DNA of 64,000 nucleotides from a bacterium (GCA_030535355.1 JAUNIO010000002.1:8781-72780), one strand, 5' to 3'; positions 1 to 9,712 are shown, counted from the stretch's first letter. Notes: generated by a model from the sequence alone, not told the origin. Numbers and translations: made by a program.

Positions 1-5
1 GCAGA

Positions 6-575
6 ATGGGCTGCTGCACTTTCCTGCTGGGATTTTTGTTCTGCCTGTTCATGCAGTTTCAGGAAAAGGGACTCTATCAGCAGCAGTTCTCCATAGCAAC
101 TGGCCAAGACCCGACCGTAATAACTCAGGAATTCAGCGTTGATAGCCGCACGCAGGCTATAGAAGTGAGTTTTGATACCGATCTGGACAACCGCTGGCTG
201 TATTTCGACTTATCGCTGATCAACACCCAAACTCAAGAAGCCACCGTTTTTAACAAAACCATAAGCTACTATCACGGCGTGGATTCCGATGGAGAAAGCT
301 GGAGTGAAGGCTGCCGCAATGACAGCATCGTAGTTCCCCGAGTCAAACCGGGCACTTATGTGCTGGCCCTGCTGCCGCAGACCGGCACCGGAAAAGACCC
401 GCAATCGCTGCAGGCACCGCCTAACGGGCAGACTGCGCAGCCGCAGCAGCGTTTGGTGGCGGTCAATATGAAAATCACAGGCCCCGTAACCTATTGGGGA
501 ATCTTCATCAGCATCTTTGTCTTTCTAATTTTGCCCATTCCCGGTTATTATTGGGTGATGAGCGATGATGATTAA
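6..575 (+). CDS. C-terminal 189-aa fragment (5' end lies outside the window) of a membrane protein paralogous to the C-terminal half of the 1385..3406 product. It has a beta-rich exported domain, a TM helix and an acidic tail (...SDDD*).
   Basis: The ORF runs from the window edge. It aligns clearly with residues ~490-673 of the 673-aa protein (shared motifs DTDLxNRWLYFDLxLxNT, PRVKPGTYVL, PQTGTG). A hydrophobic stretch precedes the Asp tail. Confidence 0.55.
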   Translation: MGCCTFLLGFLFCLFMQFQEKGLYQQQFSIATGQDPTVITQEFSVDSRTQAIEVSFDTDLDNRWLYFDLSLINTQTQEATVFNKTISYYHGVDSDGESWSEGCRNDSIVVPRVKPGTYVLALLPQTGTGKDPQSLQAPPNGQTAQPQQRLVAVNMKITGPVTYWGIFISIFVFLILPIPGYYWVMSDDD

Positions 576-710
576 GCAAGGCTGACAAAAGGGTTCCCAG
601 CCCTAGTAAGCAGCGCAAAGTTTGAGCAGGAAACAATTAGTATTTTTCCGAAAGGCAGAAGTCTATATATTGTCCGAATAATTATAGGGACTACTGCCAG
701 GAGGTGTAAC

Positions 711-1325
711 ATGCTCGTATTAAAGTGCCACGAAGAGCTTAATCCTAAAGATATGGAAAGAGCTGCTGAAATTGTGCGCACTGGAGGCGTAGTGGTATAT
801 CCCACCGACACCGTTTACGGCATGGGCTGCGACCTTAACAACCCTCAGGCTATAGGCCGCGTTTACAGCATCAAAAAACTCAACCACCGCAAACCCTTAT
901 CCCTGCTCTGCTCCGACCTTAAGCAAATTTCCGCCTACGCGCAATTTTCCGGTCCCGCTTTCAATCTCATGAAACGCATCACCCCGGGCCCTTATACTTT
1001 GGTCATGCAGGGTACTAGACTGGTGCCGCGCATCATGATGACCAAACAGCGCACAGTGGGCATCCGCATCCCTGACAATGAGATATGTTTAGAGCTAATC
1101 CGTTCGCTGGGGAATCCCCTCGTAAACACTTCGGCATCGGATATGGAGCTTGATGAACTCAGTGATCCCAAGATTATCGCGGAACGTTATCCCAATATCG
1201 ATCTCCTGATAGACGCTGGCCCCCTGCCCTGCGAATATTCTACCATTCTCGACATCAGCACCTCTCCGGTGACCATTCTGCGCGAGGGCAAAGGCCCTAT
1301 CGAAGAATTCATCTCCGAGGTCTAG
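711..1325 (+). CDS. Sua5/YciO/YrdC/YwlC family protein, probably L-threonylcarbamoyladenylate synthase TsaC for tRNA t6A, though YciO-type is not excluded.
   Basis: 204 aa with the YrdC-domain signature (VVVYPTDTVYGMGCD, KKLNHRKPLSLL). A good RBS (AGGAGGTG) sits upstream of the ATG. Confidence 0.8.
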   Translation: MLVLKCHEELNPKDMERAAEIVRTGGVVVYPTDTVYGMGCDLNNPQAIGRVYSIKKLNHRKPLSLLCSDLKQISAYAQFSGPAFNLMKRITPGPYTLVMQGTRLVPRIMMTKQRTVGIRIPDNEICLELIRSLGNPLVNTSASDMELDELSDPKIIAERYPNIDLLIDAGPLPCEYSTILDISTSPVTILREGKGPIEEFISEV

Positions 1326-1384
1326 TCTATATAGCCTTATTCTGCATTAGCTTACAGCAGACAGCAGAGCAATAGTCTCATTTT

Positions 1385-3406
1385 TTGCCGACCTACACAA
1401 GAGGACCCAAAGCCATGTTTGAGATCAGTTGTCCCTCATGCGGTAATCCGGTACAGTTTAGACGAGAAAGTTCGGTTTATTCTACCTGCGATGCCTGCGG
1501 CTCTATTTTATTGCGCAAAAATGCCAACATTGAGCTGCTGGGCAAAGCTGCCGATTTGCAGCCGGACAACACGCCCTTACAAGTAGGCACCCGCGGGCAG
1601 TATAAAGGGCAGGGCTTCGAGATCTTGGGGCGCATTCAGATCCGTCAGGAAGAAGGGTTCTGGAATGAATGGTATTTGGGCTATGACAACGGCAGCACGG
1701 GGTGGCTGGGTGAAGCCCTGGGCGAATATTTTGTATCCTTCGAAGTAAAAGAAGCCAAGCTCCCGGCGTTCAGAGACATTGCCTTAAACGATAAATTCAA
1801 ATTTAAAGGCACGGATTTTTTTGTTACCAACATAGGCAATTCCGTCGTCAGCTCTTACGAAGGCGAGCTGCCCTTCCTGATGAACGGTAGCTATAATCTG
1901 CCCAATGTAGATTTGCGCTCCCACAGTACACGCGCCGCCACCCTGGATTACAGCGATGGCGACCCCATTCTCTTTATCGGAACGTACGAAGAATTTGAAG
2001 ACCTGCGCTTTACCAATCTGCGCGATCCCGACGAACATATACAGAGGCGCACGGCAGCAGCAGTTACAACCATGAAGTGCCCCGCCTGCGGCGGCCCGCA
2101 CACTATGAGTTCAGCCGGTCCCCAATCGCAGTCTATGGCCTGCGAATACTGCGGTTCAATAATTGATATATCCAACTCCAATCAATACAGCATACTCTGG
2201 CAGGCCTCTCAGAAGGAGAAAAACCAGCCCAAGCCCAGAATTAAACTGAACAGCAAAGCTAAATTCAAGGGTGTCGAATGGGAAGTTATCGGCTGTCAAT
2301 TCAAGTATTCCCGCTATGAGGGCACAACTTACCCTTGGGAAGAATATCTCTGTTATGAGCGCTGCCACGGCTACCGCTATTTGATTTATTCCAAAGGCCA
2401 CTGGTCCTGGAGTCAGACTCTCCATGAGGTGCCCACCAATAACGTTATTTTGCAAAGCAATAAGGGCGTTAGGGGCAAAACCTTCAAACACTATGAAGGT
2501 TATGAAGGGCATGTCAAAGCGGTATTCGGCGAATTTCCGTATAAAGTGGACATCGGTGCCCGCAGTGACATCCAAGACTATATCGCCCCTCCTTATGGGC
2601 TGTCCCGCGAATGCGATTTAGTCACCAAGAACCGCGAAGTTTATTGGAGTATCGCGGAATACGTAACAGATGATGAAGTGCGCCGCGCTTTCCAGGTCAC
2701 CCATAAGAAAGAATATGTCAGCGGCATCGGTTCCTTTGAACCCAACCACCATGTGAGTACCATGTGGTACACTGCGGCAGTAGGAGCTGTTACCGTATGC
2801 CTGGCTTTCCTGTTCTGTGTATTTATGGAAATGCAGAATACGGTTGTGCACAGCCAAGACTTTCTTATCGAGACCAACAGCGAACCCAGCAAGTTGACCA
2901 AAGAATTTAAAATCGACGGGCATACCCAAGCTGTTGAAGTTGATTTTGATACGGACCTGCAAAATCGCTGGCTGTATTTTGACCTGGCTCTGGTCAACAC
3001 GACGACTAATGAAGCCACTCTGTTCAACAAGTCCCTGAGTTATTACAGCGGCAACAGCGGAGGCGAACATTGGAGCGAAGGCAGTAAAAATGGGCACATT
3101 ATTGTTCCCCGCGTGAAGCCAGGCACGTACGTTTTGCGCCTCGACCCGCAGACCGGTACCGGCAACAACCCAGACAATTTGGAACCCGGCAAAAGCGGCG
3201 GTGACAAGAAGCACCAGCGTCTAGCCTATGTTAAAGTCAAAATATCGACATCCCCGGCCTATTGGAGCTGGTTTTTCCTAATCGCTCTCCTAGGCATACT
3301 GCCTTTCCCCTGCCTATACGCCTTCCTGTGGTACAGCACCGAGTCAGAACGCTGGAGCAACAGCGATCACCCCTGGGGCGGTGACGATGACGACGATGAC
3401 GATTAG
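1385..3406 (+). CDS. 673-aa membrane protein. It has an N-terminal zinc ribbon, a DUF4178-like domain, a second zinc ribbon and a second DUF4178-like domain, then a TM helix, an exported beta-rich domain, a second TM helix and a C-terminal poly-Asp tail (GGDDDDDDD*).
   Basis: There are two CxxC...CxxC ribbons (CPSCG...CDACGS and CPACG...CEYCGS), each followed by a ~140-aa repeated module. Hydrophobic helices lie at about aa 460-485 and 615-640. The tail is encoded by mixed gat/gac codons, so it is not a homopolymer artefact. Confidence 0.75.
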   Translation: MPTYTRGPKAMFEISCPSCGNPVQFRRESSVYSTCDACGSILLRKNANIELLGKAADLQPDNTPLQVGTRGQYKGQGFEILGRIQIRQEEGFWNEWYLGYDNGSTGWLGEALGEYFVSFEVKEAKLPAFRDIALNDKFKFKGTDFFVTNIGNSVVSSYEGELPFLMNGSYNLPNVDLRSHSTRAATLDYSDGDPILFIGTYEEFEDLRFTNLRDPDEHIQRRTAAAVTTMKCPACGGPHTMSSAGPQSQSMACEYCGSIIDISNSNQYSILWQASQKEKNQPKPRIKLNSKAKFKGVEWEVIGCQFKYSRYEGTTYPWEEYLCYERCHGYRYLIYSKGHWSWSQTLHEVPTNNVILQSNKGVRGKTFKHYEGYEGHVKAVFGEFPYKVDIGARSDIQDYIAPPYGLSRECDLVTKNREVYWSIAEYVTDDEVRRAFQVTHKKEYVSGIGSFEPNHHVSTMWYTAAVGAVTVCLAFLFCVFMEMQNTVVHSQDFLIETNSEPSKLTKEFKIDGHTQAVEVDFDTDLQNRWLYFDLALVNTTTNEATLFNKSLSYYSGNSGGEHWSEGSKNGHIIVPRVKPGTYVLRLDPQTGTGNNPDNLEPGKSGGDKKHQRLAYVKVKISTSPAYWSWFFLIALLGILPFPCLYAFLWYSTESERWSNSDHPWGGDDDDDDD

Positions 3407-3418
3407 AGGTGAATTCGC

Positions 3419-3595
3419 ATGAAAAAATTCTTTACTATCTGGTGTGCCGGTTTGCTACTGGGGTTTATCGGCTGCAATTACTTCGGCTTTTATTACACTT
3501 CTACGGAAACTATGCCCAAAGCTCCGTCGGTCAAAACCATCCGCAACAATCCGTCGGCCTTCCGCAGTTTCTCCAGTCACGGCTTTACCGGCAAA
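3419..3595 (+). CDS. Small lipoprotein candidate of 58 aa (MKKFFTIWCAGLLLGFIGC...), below the cutoff of the ORF track.
   Basis: The ATG at 3419 has a GAGGTG RBS about 6 nt upstream. It has the classic n/h regions and a Cys that fits a lipobox (FIGC). It is a better explanation of this gap than the GTG-started low-complexity ORF 3409..3693. Confidence 0.4.
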
Positions 3596-3634
3596 TAAGC
3601 CAGCTTAACTCTCAGTACAGTAGCGTTTATCACC

Positions 3635-5134
3635 GTGTCGGTATTAATTCTTATATCGGTCTTTATTATTGCGACCTGCAGCCTAATATATGAACTGCTG
3701 GCGGGGACGTTAGCCAGTTATCTGCTGGGCGATTCGGTGCTGCAGTTTTCCACGGTCATCGGCAGTTACATGTTCGCCCTGGGCGTAGGAGCCTGGCTCA
3801 GCAAGTACATTGAAAACAAAGTTGGGGAACGCTTTGTCCAGCTGGAGATCGCCTTAGGCCTTATAGGCGGGCTTTCGGCTACGCTGCTTTTTTTAATGTT
3901 CGGCGCGTCCAGCATCGGGGCTTTCCGTTTCCTGCTTTACATTATTGTTTTTATCGTGGGTACACTGAGCGGATTCGAAGTTCCCCTGCTGCTGCGCCTG
4001 CTCCAGGACAGAGTAGAATTCAAAGATTTGGTTTCTCACGTGCTGACCCTGGACTATATAGGCTCTCTGCTGGCCTCTTTGCTTTTTCCGCTGCTTCTCG
4101 TTCCCCATCTCGGCCTAGTGCGCACTTCCTGTCTATTCGGCCTAGTAAATCTCATCGTGGCCGTTTTATTTCTGCGCATTTTTCAAGTAGATAAACACCG
4201 CCATTTTTCCCTGACCGTACAGGCAGCTATCTGTTTCCTGATTCTCACCGTCACCTTTATTTATGCCAACCGTATAACCAGCTATTCCGAAGAATCGCTG
4301 TATTCCGATAATATCATTATCGCCAAGCAGAGTCCTTATCAGCGTTTAATCGTAACCCGCAAATCAGACGATATCCGCTTATACTTAAACAATAACCTCC
4401 AGTTTTCGTCGCGCGACGAATACCGCTATCACGAGGCTTTAGTCCATCCCGCCATCGCCTCTTGCCCCCATCCCAAAGAAGTTCTCGTCCTGGGCGGCGG
4501 CGACGGCATGGCTGTGCGCGAAATTTTGCGCCATCCCGAAGTCGAGCATATCACCCTGGTCGATTTAGACCCTCTGATGACCAAACTCTTTACAGAGCAC
4601 GAACTGCTGGCCAGCCTCAATGAGCATTCTTTTTCCTCTCCGAAAGTAGAAGTCATCAACGACGATGCCTTTATTTGGCTGAGCCGGCAGGATAAAAAAT
4701 TCGACGTCGTCATCGTAGATTTTCCCGATCCCAGCAATTTTAGCGTGGGCAAACTGTACAGCACCACCTTTTACCGTATTCTCAAAGCCCATCTCAACCC
4801 GGAAGGCAGCGCTACTGTTCAGTGCACCTCGCCCATGTTCGCCCGCCAGTCCTTTTGGTGCATCGTGCACACCATCGGCAGTGTGGGGTTCGCCACTCAG
4901 CCTTATCACATATATGTGCCTTCTTTTGGCGAATGGGGGTATTGCCTGCTGACCCATAAACCAGTGCCCACTCCCTCCTGCAGCGCTCCCAAATTCCTGA
5001 CCGAAAAAATAACCCTGGCCATGTTCGATTTTCCCGAAGACCTCAAAGATATTCCCGCCAAGGTCAATTACCTGCACGATCAGGCCTTAGTGCGCTATTA
5101 TGATCGCGAATGGCAGGCGATGATGCTGCAATGA
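3635..5134 (+). CDS. speE: Polyamine aminopropyltransferase (spermidine synthase) with an N-terminal multi-TM membrane domain.
   Basis: 499 aa. The N-terminal ~200 aa are hydrophobic helices. The C-terminal PABS domain has VLVLGGGDGMAVREILRHP and DVVIVDFPDP motifs. Confidence 0.8.
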   Translation: MSVLILISVFIIATCSLIYELLAGTLASYLLGDSVLQFSTVIGSYMFALGVGAWLSKYIENKVGERFVQLEIALGLIGGLSATLLFLMFGASSIGAFRFLLYIIVFIVGTLSGFEVPLLLRLLQDRVEFKDLVSHVLTLDYIGSLLASLLFPLLLVPHLGLVRTSCLFGLVNLIVAVLFLRIFQVDKHRHFSLTVQAAICFLILTVTFIYANRITSYSEESLYSDNIIIAKQSPYQRLIVTRKSDDIRLYLNNNLQFSSRDEYRYHEALVHPAIASCPHPKEVLVLGGGDGMAVREILRHPEVEHITLVDLDPLMTKLFTEHELLASLNEHSFSSPKVEVINDDAFIWLSRQDKKFDVVIVDFPDPSNFSVGKLYSTTFYRILKAHLNPEGSATVQCTSPMFARQSFWCIVHTIGSVGFATQPYHIYVPSFGEWGYCLLTHKPVPTPSCSAPKFLTEKITLAMFDFPEDLKDIPAKVNYLHDQALVRYYDREWQAMMLQ

Positions 5135-6774
5135 ACATCAGCAGGCGCGATTTTCTGAAAGCAGCTGGGGCCGCTCTGCTGAGCACCGGCTTAGGGGCCT
5201 GGGGCTTTAGCAGCTGCCGGGACAAATACTCTCAATACGATTTTCCCGTTACCGTGCACCGTCTATCGCAAAAGCGCGGGCACCATCTCCTGGCTGTTCT
5301 GGGCGGACCGCAGCGCCATCAAAATATAGATACGCTCATCGTAGGTACGGGCATAGCCGCGCTGACCTGCGCTTGGAAGCTGAGCAAATGCGGTTTTCAC
5401 GATTATTGCCTAATCGAATTGGAGAACCAAATCGGCGGCAACTGCCGCTGCGCCACTTACCCGGAATCGCGAGCACCTTGGGCAGCTCACTATCTGCCCA
5501 CCCCCACCAAAGAAGCCGCTTCCACCATCGAGCTTCTCGAAGATTTGGGATTAATCAAGGGGTTTAACGGTACCGGTGAGCCCATCTATGACGAGCTGCA
5601 GCTGGGCCACGATCCGCACGAGCGCCTCTTCCAGCAGGGGCGCTGGTACGAGGGTTTCTTTCCTACGGTCAGCAGTGAAGACGATAGCTCTCAGCTGGAA
5701 GAATTTCAGCAAACCATCGCCAAGTTTACCAAACAGCGCGACAGCAAAGGACGCCCGCCCTTTACTATTCCTCTCTGTTATGCCAGCGAAGAAGCCCGCT
5801 ATTTAGATCGCATTTCCATGACCGAATACATGGATCGGCGCGGCTGGACCTCATATCGCCTGCGCTGGTATGTCGATTACGGCTGCCGCGACGACTTCGG
5901 CACTTCGCTGAGCACAACTTCAGCCTGGGCGGCTATCAACTATTTCGCTGGGCGCCACACCAACCGCTCCGGCCCGGAAGACGCTCTCTTCACTTGGCCC
6001 GAAGGCAACGCCTGGTTTGCCGAACATATTTTAGCCCTTGCGAAAGCTCCGGTCCTGCTGAACACCTTGGCCTACCGCATCGAGGAAGACAAGCGCGAAG
6101 TGCGCGTCGATTGTCTGGATTTCAATACGGGAATCGTCACGCGCTATCACGCCAAACACGTAATTTTTGCGGGTTACACCTTCCTGCGCTCACATATCAT
6201 TGCCGGTGAACCCAAATATCCCTCGTTCACCTACTGTCCTTGGGCCACCGCCAACTTAACCCTGCGCCATCTGCCTCAAGAACAGCCCGGCTTCCCCATC
6301 TGCTGGGATAATGTCATCTACGATTCCCCCACTTTAGGCTACGTCGTGGCTACCCATCAAACTCTCTCCCAAAAGCCCAAGCAGCCCACTGTCATCACCT
6401 GGTACCGCGCCTATGCGGAGGACTCGCGCGTCAAACGCACGCGCTGGAAGCTTTTGCACCGCAGCGCCTCGGCTTTTAAGCAGGAGATTCTCGACGATTT
6501 GAGCGTCCCGCATCCCGATCTGCCCTCACTGGTTACCCGTATGGAGGTCATGCTGCTGGGACACGCTATGATCCGCCCTATCCCCGGCTTGATCTGGGGA
6601 GAAGAGCGCCAAAAAGCCCAACAGTACCGGGAGCGCATTTTATTCGCCCATTCCGATCTTTCCGGCATGTCCTGGTTTGAGGAAGCGCAGTATCACGGGG
6701 TGCGGGCAGCGGAGACCCTGCTGCAGCGCAAAGGGATAAAATTCAGCTCATCGCTGCTGCCGGTGGAAGGGTAG
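5131..6774 (+). CDS. Tat-exported FAD/NAD(P)-binding oxidoreductase, amine-oxidase or desaturase-like.
   Basis: It has a twin-arginine signal (MNISRRDFLKAAGAALL) and a dinucleotide-binding GxGxxG (IVGTGIAALTCAW). The ATG overlaps the speE stop codon (ATGA), indicating translational coupling. The ORF track starts it at 5110. Confidence 0.7.
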   Translation: MNISRRDFLKAAGAALLSTGLGAWGFSSCRDKYSQYDFPVTVHRLSQKRGHHLLAVLGGPQRHQNIDTLIVGTGIAALTCAWKLSKCGFHDYCLIELENQIGGNCRCATYPESRAPWAAHYLPTPTKEAASTIELLEDLGLIKGFNGTGEPIYDELQLGHDPHERLFQQGRWYEGFFPTVSSEDDSSQLEEFQQTIAKFTKQRDSKGRPPFTIPLCYASEEARYLDRISMTEYMDRRGWTSYRLRWYVDYGCRDDFGTSLSTTSAWAAINYFAGRHTNRSGPEDALFTWPEGNAWFAEHILALAKAPVLLNTLAYRIEEDKREVRVDCLDFNTGIVTRYHAKHVIFAGYTFLRSHIIAGEPKYPSFTYCPWATANLTLRHLPQEQPGFPICWDNVIYDSPTLGYVVATHQTLSQKPKQPTVITWYRAYAEDSRVKRTRWKLLHRSASAFKQEILDDLSVPHPDLPSLVTRMEVMLLGHAMIRPIPGLIWGEERQKAQQYRERILFAHSDLSGMSWFEEAQYHGVRAAETLLQRKGIKFSSSLLPVEG

Positions 6775-7300
6775 CTTTTGCAATATTTGCTGTGCGATAT
6801 GTTAACTTCGCTGTGTGCAGTTTTCCCGCTGAATGTACATTGCTGCAGGCAATGCATGAAGCTTTGCTTTCCTGCGTCAGCTTCTGCCCGCTTCGCTGCT
6901 TCGCTGCGCTCAGATGCTGCGCTTGGCAGAACTGCCGCAGCGCAAAGCGTGAATGACCTGCAGCTTTGTGTATACAACATGCCCGCTGCGGGAACCGGTA
7001 CTGCGCTCAGTCTGCTATTGATTCAACATAGCAGAATCTTGCAAAAGAGGGGGGCGGAATTAATCGAACCGCGCGGGTGAATCAAACCGTTCAGAAAAAG
7101 CGGCGCGGCGGCAGTCACGTCAAACCTCACTGTGCAGAGGATTCCCTGCGCAATTCAGAAAATGATCACCGTAATAATAACTAACTCATATACATTTTTC
7201 CGCAGGGAGAACTGCCAGCTGTATGAAGCAAATCGCAGTAATTAAATTTTGCAGAAATTACACCGATTATCTGCCCCACAAATTTATGACTATAAAGAGC

Positions 7301-9465
7301 ATGGCCCGAACGCTGGTCATGCTCTTTACGATTACCTCGCTCGCCGCGCTGGCAGTTTCCGGCTGTTCGGAAAAAGACCGCCCCAAATACCAGAACGACG
7401 GGCCGGATCCCGCAGTGCCCGTAAGCCTGGTTCTCACCCCCGGATCCGGAGTCCTCGCTCCCGGAGAAGAACTGCAGCTCAGCGCCCAAGCAGAATATGA
7501 CGACGGCACCTCTCAGGATGTGACCGAACAGGCTCGGTGGGAAGTTTCCGACGCCGCTGCCGCCGAAGTCGACAACGGCTTGGTCAGCGCCCTGGCTCCC
7601 GGCACGGTCACCGTCACCGCCTCATTCGGCGAATTCAGCGCGAGGCCGAGATCACCGTCACCGACGCTGCTCCGGTCAGCCTGACCCTCACCTCCGAATC
7701 CGGAGTACTCGCTCCCGGAGAAGAACTGCAAATCAGCGCTCAGGCGGATTACGACGACGGCACCTCTCAGGATGTGACCGAACAGGCTCGGTGGGAAGTC
7801 TCCGATGCCGCTGTCGCCGAAGTCGACAACGGCTTGGTCAGCGCCCTGGCTCCCGGCACGGTCACCGTCACCGCCTCATTCGGCGAATTCAGCGCCGAAG
7901 CCGAGATCACCGTCACCGAGGCCGAATTGGTTTCCGTCACCCTCGACAAAACCGAACTGCAGCTGTCGGCCTACCATTCCGAGACTCTCAGCGCCGCGGC
8001 CAATTACGCCGACGGCACCAGCATCAATATCAACGCCGAAGCGGAATGGACGAGTTCCTCCGCAGACATAGCCGCGGTCAGCACGGAAAGCACGGGCTCC
8101 GGCACTGCGGTCACGGTCCAAGGCTTCGCGCCGGGAACGGCCGTGATTACCGCGGCCTACAAAGGCCTGACCGCGCAGTGCCGGACGACGGTAAGCGATA
8201 ATCCCATCACCGCCCTGGAGATTTGTCCGGAAAGCGGAACCACGGTTCCCGCAGGCGAGACCATCAAGCTCAGAGCCATGGCCACATTCAGCGACCAGAC
8301 CGAAGCCGATGTCAGCAGCACGGCGGATTGGTCTTCAAATAAGCCCGAGAAAGCGGAGGTTGACAAAGGCACGGTGACCGGACTTGAAGAAGACGACGCC
8401 GTAACCGTTACCGCCAAAGCCGGCGGCTTCGAGGCTTCCGTCAATATTAAGGTAGGCTACAACTATATTATCTTTAACAGCGTTTCCGAATCCGTCCCCG
8501 ACTTGGAGAAATATTTGGGATATACGGTTGATCAGGACGTTCAGGGCAATTATCACATTTATCAAAACGGCGCTGAAGTAACCGCGCTGGTCATTCCCGC
8601 CACTTTCGTATACGAGAACGAACCCTACTGCATTACCGGCCTGAACCAAGAAGCCCTGCATCACTGCGTAAACCTGAAGTCAGTAATAATTCCCGATACC
8701 GTTTCCTTTATCGGCGTTAGCTGTTTTAAGGGCTGCACGCAGCTGCAGTCCGCAGAGATGCCCGATATAGTCAATTATATAGGAGAATTCGCTTTCGCGG
8801 ATTGCCCAGCCCTGACAGGCCTGACCCTGCCCGGCGACATAACCTACATTTTGGAATCGACCTTCGAGAACTGCGCCGGTTTAACTTCGATAACCGTCCC
8901 TTCCCAGGTAACATCAATCGACAACAAAGCCTTTGCGGGCTGCGGAAAACTGGAATCGGTCGGGCTGCCCGACAGCTTAACCTCTGTCGGCGAAGAAGCT
9001 TTTCTGGATTGTGAAAAGCTGCAGACGCTGAACCTGCCCCAAAATCTGGAATCGCTCGGTAAAAACGCTTTTAAAGGCTGCACAAGCCTGACGGCCGCGG
9101 CTGTTCCCGCCAAGATTACCGCCGTTGCCGAGGGACTTTTCGCCGGCTGCGAAAATCTGCAGACCGTCGGACTGTACGCGGGAACGCAAGAGAATCCGCC
9201 CGTCCTGACTTCCATCGGCGCCGGCGCCTTTGAAAACTGCAGGAAACTGGAGTTGTCAGCCATACCCGGTCTGAAAGTGAACAGCCAGTATCACGGCGTG
9301 ACATCTATAGGCGACCGGGCTTTTAAAGGCTGCGAAAGCATAGCGTTTCTGACCGTTCCCGATGAGGTATCTTCCATCGGCGATGAAGCGTTCGCAGACG
9401 TGCAGCATATCTACTATCAAGGTACTGCGGAAGGACAGCCTTGGGGTGCCAACGAGATGAATTAA
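7301..9465 (+). CDS. Surface lipoprotein with four Big_2 (bacterial Ig-like) domains followed by BspA-type leucine-rich repeats (LRR_5). The reading frame is broken by a 1-nt frameshift at about 7640-7645, so this may be a pseudogene or a sequencing error.
   Basis: It has a lipoprotein signal (MARTLVMLFTITSLAALAVSGC). Near-identical ~86-aa repeats are present (VLAPGEELQxSAQAxYDDGTSQDVTEQARWEVSDAA...). The C-terminal half carries repeated CxxLxxITIP / FxGCxxL units. ORF 7223..7684 (frame 2) and ORF 7537..9465 (frame 1) overlap inside the repeat. Confidence 0.65.
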
Positions 9466-9487
9466 ACCTGCGCCGTCCTCCTTGCCT

Positions 9488-9525
9488 GGCCCGTCCGCCG
9501 GTTCAGGCCGGGAACGGGCTTTTCC
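9488..9525 (+). terminator. Rho-independent terminator candidate downstream of the LRR lipoprotein gene.
   Basis: A GC-rich hairpin (gcccgtccgccggttcaggccgggaacgggc) is followed by TTTTCC. Confidence 0.5.
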
Positions 9526-9712
9526 GTTAACTGCGCAGGCACCGTGCGCAGCGGTTATGCAAATGTAATCGTATAAACGCATAAGCTGCTGACAGTGAGT
9601 CTTAACTAAATAACAAAGAAAAAACAGGTAAAGACGCTTCAAGCAGGAATATAAAACAATTACGCGGTTAATTATTAATAAAAATTAATAAAAAGGAAGG
9701 GCAGCGCACTAC

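Noticed and set aside
3380-3406. Poly-Asp tail as a sequencing or homopolymer artefact.
   Set aside because: It is encoded by alternating gat/gac codons and mirrored by an SDDD tail in the paralog at 566-575, so it is a real sequence feature.
3409-3693. 94-aa GTG-start ORF bridging the gap into speE.
   Set aside because: It has low-complexity, Tyr/Gln-rich translation and overlaps the speE start. The alternative 58-codon ATG/RBS lipoprotein ORF in another frame explains the gap better.
6693-7080. ORFs 6778..7080 (+) and 6693..6980 (-) as protein-coding genes.
   Set aside because: They are mutually overlapping on opposite strands, lack an RBS and have Cys/Ala/Arg-rich compositions. The region is kept only as an unexplained gap.
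7767-8201. Multiple alternative-frame ORFs (7791..8201, 7805..8071, 7876..8121 and others) with Arg/Pro/Ser-rich translations.
   Set aside because: They are typical out-of-frame artefacts of a GC-rich repetitive coding region. The Big_2 frame has clear domain periodicity.
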